A DNA stretch of 53,646 bases, filler included, from Bipalium vagum (Eukaryota): the NCBI GenBank assembly GCA_037834085.1. It is 2 parts of 2 records of this genome, joined end to end, with 100 filler letters (N's around TTAATTAATTAA, not from the genome) between each part and the next. Parts side by side here need not be neighbours in the genome. Positions count along the whole stretch, not along the records: positions 24,654 to 53,646 come from JBBMKC010040745.1; 1 more part is not named here. The stretch is one strand, 5' to 3'. Both the position numbers and the translations under genes were made by a program. Within the stretch, counting starts at the first letter, position 1. Each line of letters begins with the position of its first letter. Below, piece after piece: positions 37,401 through 51,010 of this stretch. The notes below the pieces were generated by a model that worked only from the letters and a program-made list of their open reading frames with translations, was not told where the DNA came from and made no database searches.

Positions 37401-40400
37401 CTAATTGAATCAAAACAATCACGATAAAACTTTATTGAGAAATGCAAAAACAATCGCTACACTTGTCGTAAAATCGCAATCAAAATCTTCAAAGGCCTAC
37501 AATCAATAATCGAAATTGTCTCAAAATCAAAAATAATAATCAATCAAAAATCAAAAATAATCCAAAAACACAAATTCAAGATGAGTAAAATTACGTTTTT
37601 GTTAATCATAAAAATAAAACAAAATTAAAGATACTCTTACCAAGAGCAACAGGGGTCCACTAGGTCCTTTTCAGGTCACTTGTGGATTCCCAAATTTGTT
37701 TGATCTCCTGTAAAATAATTATGTTGAAATTGTGGAGCATCCCAAAATATCGTCATTTTTAAATTTTTGATAAACAATTCTTTTTGTGATTTTTTTTATT
37801 TTTATCTTTGTAATATGGGATCATCAAGTTAAGGATAAATATAATAATAATTATTTTTATTGTTATTTTATTTATTAAATATTAATTATAAATTATTACC
37901 AAAAAACAAAGGATTTATATAAAAAACAAATATAGAAAATAGAAATTACTAAGAATAGAAAATAATGTTTCTAAAAATAGAATTTAGACAAATAAAATAA
38001 TATGAATTTCTAAAAATAGAAATCATATGTTTCTAAAAATAGAAATTATAACAAAATTTTTATATATAAACCCAAGAAAAATAGTAAAAACTCACAATAT
38101 AATTCTCACCAAGGGTTCAGTAATTCACACAGAGGACTATAAAAGAGACAAGATAATATTCAACAGAGAACAATTACAAGCAGCACAATAAGGACGAATT
38201 ATTCCAAGACGTGGTGGATCATTAACATTTACAAAACTTATTAAGAAATCTTTATTCTCATTTTATAAACTCTACGAATTTTCGTAACAGCAGTTTATTT
38301 TATTATCAGATATATTATTTAATATCAAGCAATCTTAACCGATTATTAACTAAAACTCTTCTAAATAAGTGCTCGAAGCTTTTCGAGAATCAAATAAAGT
38401 TTTATTTTTTCCTTTTTCTTCTTTTTTATTTTTAAAATTTACACAGCTACTTGCTCGTAAATTGCTGAGGACTTTTGAGCATTAAACTAAGTTTGTGCCA
38501 AAAGATATATGTACTTGATAATCCCATAAAGAGTTTAATTGTAAAAATCAGATTCGAAAATAAATATTTTAAAACCATTTGTGTTTTCTTAGTTCATTTG
38601 AATTTTTTTTGGTCGTTTATTGTGTCAGTGATTTTAAGTTTTTGTGCCTGAACGTTCATCCGTAAATCCTTCTGATATTAAGTACTTTTTTAAGTAACCT
38701 AAAAGCCCAGTTTCGATATTTTTCAACTTAAAATCAGCCACTTTTTAGGAATTACTGTAAAAATGATAAAATGGAATCGATTTCGGCAAATATAAATTTC
38801 TCGTTATAATAATAATAACAATTTTGAAGTCTTTCTCGTTATCTGGACAAATTTCTGGTAATAGTCGTCTCTTTATATAGTTGTTGAGATTGGTGTACGA
38901 TCACCAATCCCTATGCTTAGACGGCTATTCTCCTAATAGCTATTAATCAAACTCTATCACCACGCCGAGATGGAGTTTGATCAAACCAGAATAATTAAAA
39001 ACCCATGTATCCCTTTTATCCTTCATTATTTCAAAACCCCACAGGTCTAATGTATCAAAATCTATACGGCTAGATTTTGATATGTGGCTTTTGGCATAAC
39101 CAAAACGACCTTCAAATGCGCATGGACTGCTCTGACTGCTGAGCTAAATTCTCCTCCTTTAAAGCTCACATTCATACCCTTAACCGCCCTGAGTCTTTTT
39201 ACTTCCATTTCCATTCAATTTCTTTACATTTTTACTTCCGAGACCTCGTCCGCTGGTTGGTGTCCTGGTGTGGTCGCTATGTTGGTACTATTGAACTAAA
39301 AAACCCTGTGTAGTGTGTATGCAGGGTTTTTGGTGATTTGAAAACATGACAGGTTGACTAATTATTAAGTTTTTAATGTTTCATCGATTCATAGAAACTG
39401 TGTATTAATTTTTAAATGATATTCTAAATTTTTGCCATGTCATCAAATTACATCACAAAAACCCTGCATACATACTACACAGGGTTTTTTTAGTTCAATA
39501 GTATCCCTATGTTAGTTGAAAATGAATCGGAGATACCGGGATTCGATCCCGGGACCTTCACATGTGCATGGACTGCTCTGACTGCTGAGAAACCATCTTC
39601 GAACCGTCTCTGTTGACAAAATACTTTTCCGTAGACCTTATTAATTTTATTGGTGGTAATATGAACACTTTACCTTTAAATAAAATAGGAAAGTGTCAAA
39701 ATGGTTCTTCTGTAGACCCATTTCTTAATCTCAAAAATCTGCTAAATAAAAATATCTATTTAAAAATACTTACCCTTTATTTAATTCATCTCCTTTTTTT
39801 ATTTGTTTACTTAAACAAATAAATTCATATAACAGGATTATTAGCTTAAGGATTTATTTAAAAATCAACAGGACTTTCCAGATTACACAATTGTAATAAT
39901 TTTTTTCAAAATTCTTGTTATTATTTTAAAAATTAAAAACTTTGCCTGTCAGATTTGTTGAAGCATTTCAAATTTTTGATAAAAAATAATTATTTTGAAA
40001 ATTAAATTAATTTTTCATTTTAAACTACATAAACAGGGTGTGCCAGCAAAATCCTGACAAAAAACAACTTTATAAAAAATAGATATATTAAAAATATGTT
40101 CCGCGCTTCTATTGCTCGATATAACCACTCGCTGCTTGTATGACCTTCAAGATTCTCTGCCTGAAGCGCATACATGCCTTCTTTATATGCACTTAGTTTA
40201 ATTGGGCTAACGCCTCTGTAATGGAATTCTGAAGAGATGTCAGATTAGGGTGTCTCGACTTGTTAGTAACCTTTTCAAGAACGCTCCATACATAATAGTT
40301 CATAGGGTTTAAATCTGGACTATTTTGGAGCCAGAATTCCTTGCTTCAATACATGTCAACATTATCGAACAGTCAGTTTTTTTAAACTCCGGTCTTGTTG

Positions 40401-41055
40401 AAAGATGTATGGTCTTCAATTAAACATTGTCTGGATTTTGCTGGCACACCCTGTTTTATATATTTAAAAAACATTTTGGCTTAAGAATTTGAAGTATTCA
40501 TCACATTTTAAAATCATCAAAAAAATTTTATTTGGTAAGTCTAATATGAAAAAAAAGAATAAATATGACACAAAATAAATAAGTTTCAGACTTCATTTTA
40601 TCTGTCAATAGTATCTGTACTATTAGATTAGAATTGTTTATTTAAATTAAATTTCTTTACAATTTGCAGTCAGCATTTTCGGTGCAAACGTGCTTAAAAA
40701 CAGATACACTGGAATTCGTAATGGAAAAAATAGTTTTGTCAGAGGTAATACAATTAAATTGTTTTTTTCGTTTTTGAAGTCATCTATACTTACACAGGTA
40801 CATCGCCTTGTTGTTATTAACAACGAAACGGAACGCCAGGTTCTAGGTATTGTCAGTTTAGCTGACTTGTTGCATTATTTTGTTCTCAGATATAATGGTC
40901 GACATTCTACGGGAAATGTTGTTTCTGGAATTTCGTGTTGTAACAATCTAAACAATAGTCAAAATCTCAGCGAACAAGAATCGCAAATCCATAATACTTC
41001 ACCCAATTCGCTCAGTTTTAGTACTGAAGATTGTGTTGCGGAAATTGCTAATTGA
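31414..41055 (+). CDS. PRKAG: AMP-activated protein kinase gamma subunit (SNF4/PRKAG family, four CBS domains); exons 31414-31603, 34085-34296, 34344-34517, 34639-34710, 40670-40744, 40798-41055; 5' exon(s) not found
   Basis: GT-AG exons splice in frame: [26 protein letters not shown]; [31 protein letters not shown]; [15 protein letters not shown]; [11 protein letters not shown]; CLKTDTL; [15 protein letters not shown]. All align with AMPK-gamma. Confidence 0.95.
34788..34900 (+). repeat. LTR-like repeat (family B), also present inverted at ~38650-38750
   Basis: cctaaaagtgacggattttacgttaaaaatatcgataaagggcttttagattact...tatcagaaggattta matches the reverse complement of 38650-38750. Confidence 0.6.
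35200..35889 (+). mobile_element. pogo/Tigger transposase remnant with right TIR (intronic)
   Basis: [54 protein letters not shown]; ends ...gagatcttactgta. Confidence 0.88.
37250..39082 (-). mobile_element. Family A LTR-like copy interrupted by about 1 kb of nested LTR-like inserts (intronic)
   Basis: 38750-39082 matches 19207-19525 and 37250-37730 matches ~19555-20010, both as reverse complements. The intervening DNA includes family B and a + strand LTR-like unit starting TGT at 37809. Confidence 0.7.
39105..39596 (-). mobile_element. tRNA(Ala-like)-derived SINE/tandem repeat with two heads
   Basis: Minus strand ctcagcagtcagagcagtccatgcacatgtgaaggtcccgggatcgaatcccggtatctcc has A and B boxes and a tRNA-Ala-like 3' end. 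A second, truncated head lies at 39105-39155. Confidence 0.65.
39284..39506. mobile_element. MITE (Merlin-like) with ~50-bp TIRs
   Basis: tactattgaactaaaaaaccctgtgtagtgtgtatgcagggtttttg is inverted at the other end. GG/CC termini; duplicated flank ctatgtt. Confidence 0.85.
40034..40453 (-). mobile_element. Internally deleted Tc1/mariner-superfamily (maT-like) element
   Basis: TIRs cagggtgtgccagcaaaatcc; internal [20 protein letters not shown]...ACMRFRQRI. Confidence 0.85.
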
Positions 41056-41749
41056 TAATTTTTTTTCAAATATCACAAATTAACAACTTTGTGTAGATGT
41101 CAGATCATGCGTTTCTGAGAGATAAGTTGTTCATCTATATTATTATTTTATAGCCTCAACAGAATTATGTACAAATATATTTTACCTTTTATTCATCTGT
41201 CATGATAATGATTATTTTGTTATTCTTTTAGGTTTTTAATTATTTCAATTATATTTTACAGTTCATTATTATTTACTTAATACTACTTAGGATTTCGGAT
41301 TATTTGTGAACAAAATAATAATAATTCCATTATTATTAGTGCCCCGTAACAGGTGCAATTTAAAAACCAAACACCAGTTTAAAAATATTAACAATCAAAA
41401 CAAGTGAGATTTCTGTCAGAAATGATTTTCATTAAGAACAAAAGACGTTAAAAAGAAAAATGATAAATTGTTGGAGAATCAAGGAAAATATACTTAACAA
41501 TGTCTTTGAAAGAAATAAATTCACTGAAGTGTTGGATTACATCAAACAACAATGTCTCAATTTGTTGAATAAATAACATTTATTTGCTGGACATAATGTA
41601 TAAAACCAAATTTGACAGAAATGGGAAAAATGCAGTATTATACAGTTACTAATAAGATACTATTCAATTGGTCAAGAAACTTAATAAAAATATCTAGTAA
41701 GTTTTTTTTTCTTTTTAAAATAAAAAAATAATTTTTGATAAATGTTATT

Positions 41750-42466
41750 GGTTGCGCTTTACTTTGTGGTACAATTTGTAAAATTTTACCTTGTGTAATA
41801 AATTGTGTAATCATAAAATTAAATATATGGTCACATATTTTTAAGTGGTACAAAATGTTAAATAATTATAATTAAACACAAATTATTATATTTAAACATA
41901 ATAATTATTAAACACAATTGGAAAACACAATAATAAAAATTAAAAACAACGATTAATCTACCAAAATTTATTATATTTTATAACATTCCCGTATGTATTT
42001 CAGCAGCTCATCAAAGCCATTTAAGCGCTAGCGAAACGCACATGTTTCCATGTGTTTTTTTCCGGCAGATAAATCTACCATGGCCATGAGAGATCTGTAA
42101 TTTCATCTCTCCGTGACCCTCAAATTGGTATATTTTCATGTTGGGTAACATGCCGTTACCCATTGACCATCTGACGGAATCTACCTCATTATCAAAGGTT
42201 TTGTTGATTCTGGCAGGGTTCCAATAATTCACTAAATACAAAAAAATTTAATAATTAATAATAAAAAATTATAAAAACCTACCTTGTTTTTGCATTATTT
42301 GAAAGATTAAACTAATATATCCCAAATTTATTTAAAACAAAATAATAAAATTTATATGGTACAATTTTATATTATAATGTCATTAAAATTTATGTGGTAC
42401 AAAAATAAAATTACATGATGATTACGCAATGATTTTACAAATTGTACCACAAAGTAAAGCGCAACC
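41750..42466 (-). mobile_element. Non-autonomous Merlin (IS1016/IS1595-like) element
   Basis: 35-bp TIR ggttgcgctttactttgtggtacaatttgtaaaat, perfect 8-bp TSD atgttatt, and an internal transposase N-terminus-like ORF at 42011-42241. Confidence 0.85.
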
Positions 42467-42479
42467 ATGTTATTTAATA

Positions 42480-43340
42480 AAAAATTTTCCTTCATTCTCA
42501 AAATTTTAAATGCAACTGATAAAATTTCAATTCCTCTTCTAAAAAATTCCTTTGGTTTTGACTCAAAGAACTTATTCAGCACCATCTTTATTTTATTTAT
42601 GGTATCCGTAGATAATTCTTCGAAATTCCCAGCAATTCAGTCTCTTAGCAACATCTGGTCGGGTGTTGTCTTCATAAAACAGAATCTTTCTGTTAATCAC
42701 ATCTAATTTATTTTTTAGTGGATTATTAAAACGATCAGCTCTATTACAATAAACATTTAATGACTTGATTGTGATTTATTAATTCAAAGAAAATAATTCC
42801 ATCTATATCCTAACAAACACCTAATGAAACTTCTTGGATGAAGGCATTTTTTGGCTAAGGTATCTGAGTTTCCTTGGTATTAATCCATTGTTTTTGCCTT
42901 TTATCATTGCGGTGAAATACCTATTTTCAACTTTGCTAACAATCCAATTTAAAAATGTCTAACTTAAACTGAGAAGAGTCTGGTACACATTAATTAGATC
43001 ATTTTCTGAAAAATATCGATTTAGTATGGAAACCTTACTAATACTATCCAGATGCCGATTAATAGTAGATTTCACTAAATCGAGGACCTCTCAGTTTTTC
43101 AATGGTTATATCTGAATTCTGCTCAACTGTCACATTAAATAAAACTTCCTCGAATTCTATGATACAGAGCGATTCTTCTCCTAAAGTTTGTAGTTCCCGT
43201 AAAGAAATATTTTGATTGGCATAAATTATTTATTGATTTTCAGTTTACTTTCCATATGATTTTGTTGCTGTTGTCTCGTTCTTGTGTATTTTATATTCGT
43301 ACATAATAAAAAAATATCAAAAGTGGTCCTTTAGCATTTC
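42480..43340 (-). mobile_element. Mariner remnant
   Basis: C-terminal FFESKPKEFFRRGI and other decayed mariner segments. Confidence 0.6.
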
Positions 43341-43939
43341 CATTTCAAGTACTTTAAAAAGAGAATAACAATTAAAACTTAAAATCTTACATTACGCAAG
43401 ATCAATATACATTTATTTTATTAAAACAATGTAATCACTATTAATTTATTCCTTGTTCTTTTAAGTCTTTTAAAATAGTACATAATATTTTGATAAACAT
43501 CAAAATTAAAGTTTAAAAAAAACTAGAAAAATGTCATCACTTAATTATTTAGTATTACAAATTAAATATTAATTTATTTTCCACCAAAGATTTATTTTAA
43601 AAACATATTTTTCTACTTTGTTTAGAATTAAATATTCTACATTTAATAGAATTACATTTAATATTCTACATAAATAGAAACATTCAAAATGCATATATCG
43701 CATTTTTCTAGTACAAAAAATGAGATAATATAAAATAGATAAAATTGTTTGATATCTAATTTTGTAAATGATTAAATTAAAAGTTCGTGCCAGATTTTAT
43801 TAAAAAATACAAAGTCAAAATTATTTTATCAATCATTAGCATAGTCACCTTTGAGAATACAATTAGTCTCCAACAATTTTAAAATATTCACTTGGGTTTC
43901 CTAGGATAAAATGGCTGAGATGATTTTTAACATTTCCTT

Positions 43940-44883
43940 TATAAACAAAACTTATTTCCATTCAAATTGTTACTTAAAGACCAGAAAAAATAAAATATGT
44001 TGGTGCCATGTCTAGGGAGTAGAGGGTGCTCCAAAATTTCATATTCTAACTCGTTTTTCCTAAGGTTGTGTATGTAATCTAGTATCTGGCATTATCATGA
44101 TGAAAGATTATTCCTTTTCTATTTATTAAAGCTAAACGCCTTTGACGAATTGCAGCATTAACTCTAATAATAAATAATGTCTCTGTAATCTCGGTACATA
44201 CACAGAATTACATTCATATGGTGGTGATCAGCCTTTAGGACTTATTCTGAGCTTTCTTCCGGGTTCTTTTACGCTGCACGTTATTGTACAGGATCCACTT
44301 TTCATCGCCTGTTACTGATATATCATAAAGGATTCATTGTTATTTAGGGTAAGGAGAGCTATGTCGACATCCATACGCTGCAGTTTATTCCTTTCTGTCA
44401 ATATATGCGGCACTCATGAATCGAGTTTAGAAACGTATTACTGGCTCTTTAAATGATGAAATGTGGTCAAGATATTTACACCAAGAAGATCGTTCAAAAC
44501 GAAATTGATCTTCCAAAATAAAACCTAGTCACGTAATGGCCGAAAGCATTCCTCAATAGTACTTAGAGAAGATAAGCTTGGATATGCTGCTACATCAGCC
44601 ATACAGTCCAGACTGAAAAATTACTATTTCTATTATCCATGCAAAATTAATTGAATGAAAAAATAAATAAATAAATAATAAATAAAATAATGAAGACCTC
44701 AAATTGGATCTTACTCAGTTTTTTAACAATAAAAATCAGGACTTCCTCGAAAAAGGAATTATGATGCTTCATGAAAGAAATTGCAGAAGGTCATCGAGGT
44801 AAATGGACAATGTTTTATTCAAAAAAACTTAGAATTTATATCATATTTTTATTTGAATTACTTACTTATTTTCCAACCCAATA
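43940..44883. mobile_element. Two mariner remnants in opposite orientation
   Basis: Minus strand VTGDEKWILYNN (~44280-44315) and YSLDMAPT (~44000-44025). Plus strand HQPYSPD (~44595) and TIR end ttattttccaacccaata. Confidence 0.7.
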
Positions 44884-46289
44884 ATACTGCAAGGTAAAAG
44901 ATATATTAATATATATTACTTAAACAAGCATTTAACGTAAAATAATACCTGATAATATCACCTAAACAGTATGAATTATTTTAAATAAAACATTAGTTAT
45001 AACGTTCTGATTCTGGTTTGTAATAAAGAATTTTAAAATCTGGTACGAACTTTTGCAATGACTCAATATAAATATAAATAAATATTTTTATTTTAATATA
45101 CCTAATAATTTTTTAAACATCTTTTTGAAAATTAAAATGCTTTTTTTATTCAAATATTTTTTTATATTTAAGAATTTTTTTAAATAGTAATTTTTTTCAG
45201 GCACTAACTTTAAAAACTGTTGAGGATGTTCATTAGTGTTCAATCATTGAACAAATCGTAGTCAGTTAACAAACAGTGTATATTCTTCAGATTTATTATA
45301 TTATATTATTTTCAGAAATGTTTATGTTGCGCACAGATTTGAATTAAATTTCATTATTATTATTTCAATATTCTATCAAATTGTTCGTTATCCATATGTG
45401 CAGGTTCTTAACCTTTCTAATGTTATTTAAATGTTGAAGAACTGTAGTATAATTATTTGTCTTTCGCAACTTCTTGTGTTTATTTTCGTGGATCTTCTTA
45501 AGTTGTGTTTTTAAATGAATATCACCAAGTTCTTATGGATTACACTCACCTACTATTCCTGTACTACCGGTCCAAAATTTTTTTTCAAAGAACAGCGTTC
45601 TGAAGTTCTTACGTGAGCCAATGTTTGGATTAACTTTTCTATAGGTTTTGCTGCATTGCTTACAGTTTAGAATTCATCTTAGAAAATGATTAGAATTTGT
45701 TATTTTTATTGTAGTGATTTTAATCCTTTATTCTTATATTACTCATAATAGATCATGTATATCTATAAATCATATTTATTTTTTTAAAAATAGATGAAAA
45801 ATGATTTCGATATTAAAAACGAAAATTATTGACGAAGCTTCATGCAGGTTATCTGAGTATGGACAATCCGCAACTAAGCTCCAATTTTTTTAATGATTAG
45901 AATATGAAGAAAATTCAGAAACTTACATTTTGTACATGAGAAACCTAATCAATTTTATTGATAGTTTAAGATATGATCCTGCTTGAATAGAAATATTCAA
46001 GAATTTTACCAGTAACAAATATTGATGAACATTTAGAAAACTATAATTTAATAGGAAAATTAAATATTACATAAATTTATAAACAAAATTAAATTCCAAT
46101 CAATAGAGTTGATTAAGCAACAATGAAATGTAAAATATGGAATATCAAAAGTTTTAAAAGGTAGATATTTTACTGATATAGAAATAATACATAAAACGAA
46201 TAACATTCGAAAAGATTATAAAGAGTTTTTAAATAAAACATATATTGACAGGAAAGGAATTCGGCTTGTGAAGATCTTCCCATTGATGT

Positions 46290-46396
46290 GTAATGTAAAC
46301 TGTTAAACTTGAACACCGTGATTATCTGAACACCTCTCTAATTTGAACTTTTCAGCAAGGACACTATGGTGTTCAATTTAAGCAGGTTTCATTGTA
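46290..46396. mobile_element. Small pogo-type MITE
   Basis: Imperfect TIRs aactgttaaacttgaacacc / ggtgttcaatttaagcaggtttcattgta. Confidence 0.5.
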
Positions 46397-47350
46397 TATA
46401 GTTTTTCTGATGTCGTGGAATCAGTGAAGAGTTTAAACAAAATATTTAACTTTTATCGTTTTATTTTCAATTCAAAAGGGAACTCTTTAGATAAGTCAAT
46501 TTAAAATTGTTTTATGATTTATTTTTTATTTAAAATTAATATTATATCACTTTTCATTTGTTCCCACTTTTTAAAAAATCTATATTTAAGATTTATATAA
46601 TTTATAGATATAAAAATTTTAAATTAAGATTTGAGATTTTTTATGTTAAAAGAAATGAAGAAGAAAAATTCAGAACTCATTAAAAGATAATCCTTGACTT
46701 CTTATGTGAAAAAATATTCAAGAATTGAAGACTTTAACATATTTTAAGAGAAGACTAATTCTTTAATAATGTAATAGTAAAAGGATAAACTGTGAAAATT
46801 AGATGTCGCATTTATTAAGTGAAAGATGATTTTTATCCAGCCTAACTGAATTCGAAATAATAATACTGTTAAAGAGTTCGAAAAGTTGCATTTTTTGAAA
46901 ATATTTTTATTAAAAATAATTTTATCTGAAATATTATTTCTATTTTAACGATTTAAATTAGAATTTTTTACTTTGTTCAAAGTTTTCTTAATTTTTTCAT
47001 AGATTCTTCACTATCATTTCACTATCAATAACTTAAAATTATTAATCTATTGATTTTTTTATAAGCTATTTTCATTATATTTTTTTAATTAATTAATTTT
47101 ACCATTTTAATTAAAGTTTCATTTGGTAATTATTGAAATAAATATTAAAATATTATTATAAAACTATTTCTGAGGAGACAGGTTAATTTGGACTAATGAG
47201 GAAGTTAGTTGAACCCATTGATACAGGAAATAATACCTCGCTGTTCACGAGAGAATAAATCGATTTTTGTAGAAAAATTAGACAATTTATATCATTTTAT
47301 AATTGTTAAACTAAATTTTATAAAATATTCGTTAATAAATATTAAATATA

Positions 47351-48623
47351 CAGGGTGGCTCAAAAGTAACTTAATGATTTTAAATAATAGTAAAAAGTAA
47401 ATATTGCAGACAATTATTTATTTTGAATATTATACATAAACAATTCACGGAGATTTTTTTAAACTAGATTTTGAAAATTATGTTCTTCAAATAACCATCA
47501 CTTTCTGCCTCACAAAATTTGGCTCTTTTTATAGAGTTTTCCTTGACACCTGCTAAAACTTACGGATTTATTGCTTTAATTTCGTCACGAATATTGTTCT
47601 TTAATTGTTGAATAAACTTTGGCTTATTAATATAAACTTTATCCTTCAGATATCCCCAAAGAAAATAATCTGGTGATGATAAATCTGGTGAACGAGAACG
47701 CCAATTTAATGTTGAATTTCTGGAAATTATCCGATTACAGAAAATCTCACGTAAGAGTTCTCTGGTACGTTTCGCCGTGTGTGCGGTGGCTCCATCTTGT
47801 TGAAACCACATCAGTTCATTGTCAGCAACAGCAGGAAGCAAATATGTTTTTATCATATCGCGATATCGCTCAGCATTTATGGTTACAGCATTCCCATTAA
47901 CATCCTTAAAGAAATATGACCCTTTGATCTTTTCTTATAAAACACCACACCAAACTGTGCATTTCATTTGGATTCTCAGATCCCCATATTCTATAATTTT
48001 GCTTGTTGACGAATCCATTCAAATAAAAATGGGATTCGTCACTCATTATCAAATTCTGCAGGACGTTTTCATTTGGAAGTGCCATTTCTTGAAATTTCCG
48101 GACATATGTTAATCTTTTTTGTTTGTCTGTCTGCTTCAAATATTGCACCATTTGAATTTTGTATGGAAACAGTTTTAGTTCCCTTACCAGAATTCGTTGT
48201 AAGGATTTTCGAGAAATGCCTACTTGCAAAGAACGTCTTTGAGTTGATGTTTCTGGGTCCTCCACAATACTCTTTTGTATTCATTCAATAAAATCTTTAT
48301 TTCTGGTTTGGCACGGTCTTCCCAATCTTTGCAAATCGTTTACGGAGCCATGGCCTCGGAAACGTTTAATTAATGGCATAATAAAGGCTGTTGGTGGCTT
48401 CTTAACATTGAAATGCTTGCAATATTTACGTTGAGTTCCGATTATTGAATTATTGTTTCGAAAATAAAATTCCACGATTTTCGTTCGTTCAGATATTATA
48501 TATCTTTGTGACATAAATTTCCTGGAATCCATTTTTATATCTACAATTATTTCAAAATAAATAAATATTGATTTTATTTTTTATGTTTTTTTAAAATTAT
48601 TAATTAACTTTTGCGCTACCCTG
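47351..48623 (-). mobile_element. Tc1/mariner DD41D (rosa) element, full-length, frameshifted
   Basis: TIRs cagggtggctcaaaagt / acttttgcgctaccctg with TA flanks. MSDESHFYLNGFVNKQNYRIW; WFQQD-(41 aa)-DYFLWGYLK. Confidence 0.92.
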
Positions 48624-50289
48624 TATAATTGAGTTATGTAAAATTTGATGTTATTTCAAGTTATTATGGTAACAGTAAAGAATTTTATTTTTTATTTAAT
48701 AATTAACAAAATTATATAATGGTAATTCTAATATTTGTCAAATTCAATACCAGATAAAATATTCTGTCATTACTTTCATAAAATACGTGACAAAAATTGT
48801 TTATTTTATAAATAGGAAACTCTTTTGTTTTATTTTATTTCGACTAATATTCAAATTAATTAAATTTACATTTGAATAAGAAATATTATTATTATTATTA
48901 TTATGAATAAAAATTATTATAAAATATCTTGTTTTTCTCTTAAAATCTCGTTGAAGATTACTAAAAACAAAAGACAGAATTTAATTATTTTATTGAGAAG
49001 AAATCTAATTCGCAATTACTAATAATTATCTTTTACTATTTACAATACATCTTGACCTAAATTACTTTGGAATATACAATAAATTTCTATATCGATTAAT
49101 ATTAAATTGGTCTACATAAACAAATTTACATTATATTGGACTTCGGCAGAAATTCTTTTTCAGTGACAAGATTATATTTTCCATACTGTATAAATGTAAG
49201 CTGTACATACACATTCATTTGAATACAAATAATTTATTAAAAAAACATTTTATATTAACATAATATAGCATATTTTGCATTAACATTCCATTAATTACTC
49301 CATTAAAACCGTTCTTTTGTTACTCTGTCAACTTTCTTCGTATAATATTCGTCAAAGCAAAATATTAATTCATTACTTGTCAGACAATCAGTCTTATTAT
49401 CTCAGTTTTGATTAATAATGGCCTAAATTAATCGAATTTTCTTTTAAAGTCATCTACTACTCACAAAGAAATCTTTATACGATAAATTTTGTAACCGGCG
49501 AAAAGAAATTATTTTTTATCCTGTGAAATAATCAAATTACTTTATTGTAACACAATATATTATCATTATTTATTGTTCCTGATAAATCTATATTTAAATG
49601 ATTTTCCCATAGGATTTAACACAAAAACATATAATGATGTCTCCATGAGAATTTCACTCAATTTCAGAATGCCATTAAATCATACAAAAATTTGGAATAT
49701 ATCTTTTTCAAAGTTCATCTATTGCATGTTTTTTATCCCAGATAGTTTCATGATCAAGATGGAATGATTTCATTATCACCAATTTCAGTTAGGTTTTTAA
49801 TAATTATTTTAAATATTAAATAAATATGTGTTCTCCAGGAATTTCTTTCTAAACATTTTCAATTTTAAAATATCAGTTTTATTAATTAAATTTTATTTAT
49901 ATTTCACAATTTAATTGTAAAAGTGTAGAACCATCACGAAAATAATACTTTAAAATGATGAAGCATAAAACTCTAGGAGTAAAACCAATATCCTTTTGTT
50001 GAAAATTTATAATTAAAGTCCAGCTCAATTGAAGTTTATTTTTATATTTATATTTTGTAACAATTTTTAGTTCAAATATACACAGCATTCATTTATTTTA
50101 GACTATTTTTGTGTATTCAAATTTATGTTGTCCCAAAAATATGTCGTTTGTTATTCAGAATTAAATTAAACATCTTCTGAGTATGACGAGATTTGAAATT
50201 ATTTATTACTGTTTTAAAAATCTAAATATAATAGTGAGACTTTTTTTAATATCAATTTGTTTTAATAATTTATTTTTAGCGCATGTGAT

Positions 50290-51010
50290 GATTTCCAACG
50301 TTCAAATCGGGTGAAATCGTCTCCAATGTAAATTTAGTTGCAGAATAGCATCCGTATTCGATAAAGATATCTTGAAAGAATCGGTTGAATCTAATCCATC
50401 TCAATCAATTCGTCAATTAGTCTCTGATATTGTTTATTCAAACTCCACTATTCTACGATACTTCATTGTATTGGAAAAAATATAAAGTTCCTCAAATCGG
50501 CCCTTATGAACTGTTGGAAAGTCAAGAACAAAAACGGTTTGAAATTTAAAAGTCACTTTTAAAAAACTTATAGGACGACCGTTTTTTCAAAATGGATGAA
50601 AAAGTACAGTGATTTGAAAAAAGGTCATGTTCATTTTTGGAACTGCTATTGAATTCTCTTCTATAAATTTCTGCTTGTCAGATAATTGTTGAAACTTGAA
50701 CATCTATTCAGCACAATTGAAAACATTGCATGAAGTTGTGACAACAAAATATCCTTCTTTAATCAAGAGTAACAAGGTTTATTTACAAGTGGATAAAGCA
50801 AATCTTCATACTTTACGAAAATCAATTGCAGCCTTCAATCGTCTTGATTGAATTTAGCTTTTTTCACATCCTCTATACTCTATAGATGCCGCAGCTTTTG
50901 ACTTTCATTTGCTTCTCTGAATGTCACATTTTCTCCGAGAACGGTACAGACGAAGAAGCTCTTCATGAGAAACTAATGAAGTTTAATGACTGCATAATGG
51001 CATAATAGTA
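50290..51010 (+). mobile_element. Mariner remnant
   Basis: ILKESVESNPSQSIRQL, LQVDKANLHT, HPLYSIDAAAFDFHL. Confidence 0.65.

Noticed and set aside
39528-39596. Functional tRNA-Ala gene
   Set aside because: The acceptor 5' strand and anticodon stem do not pair properly, and the duplicated head points to a SINE or pseudogene.
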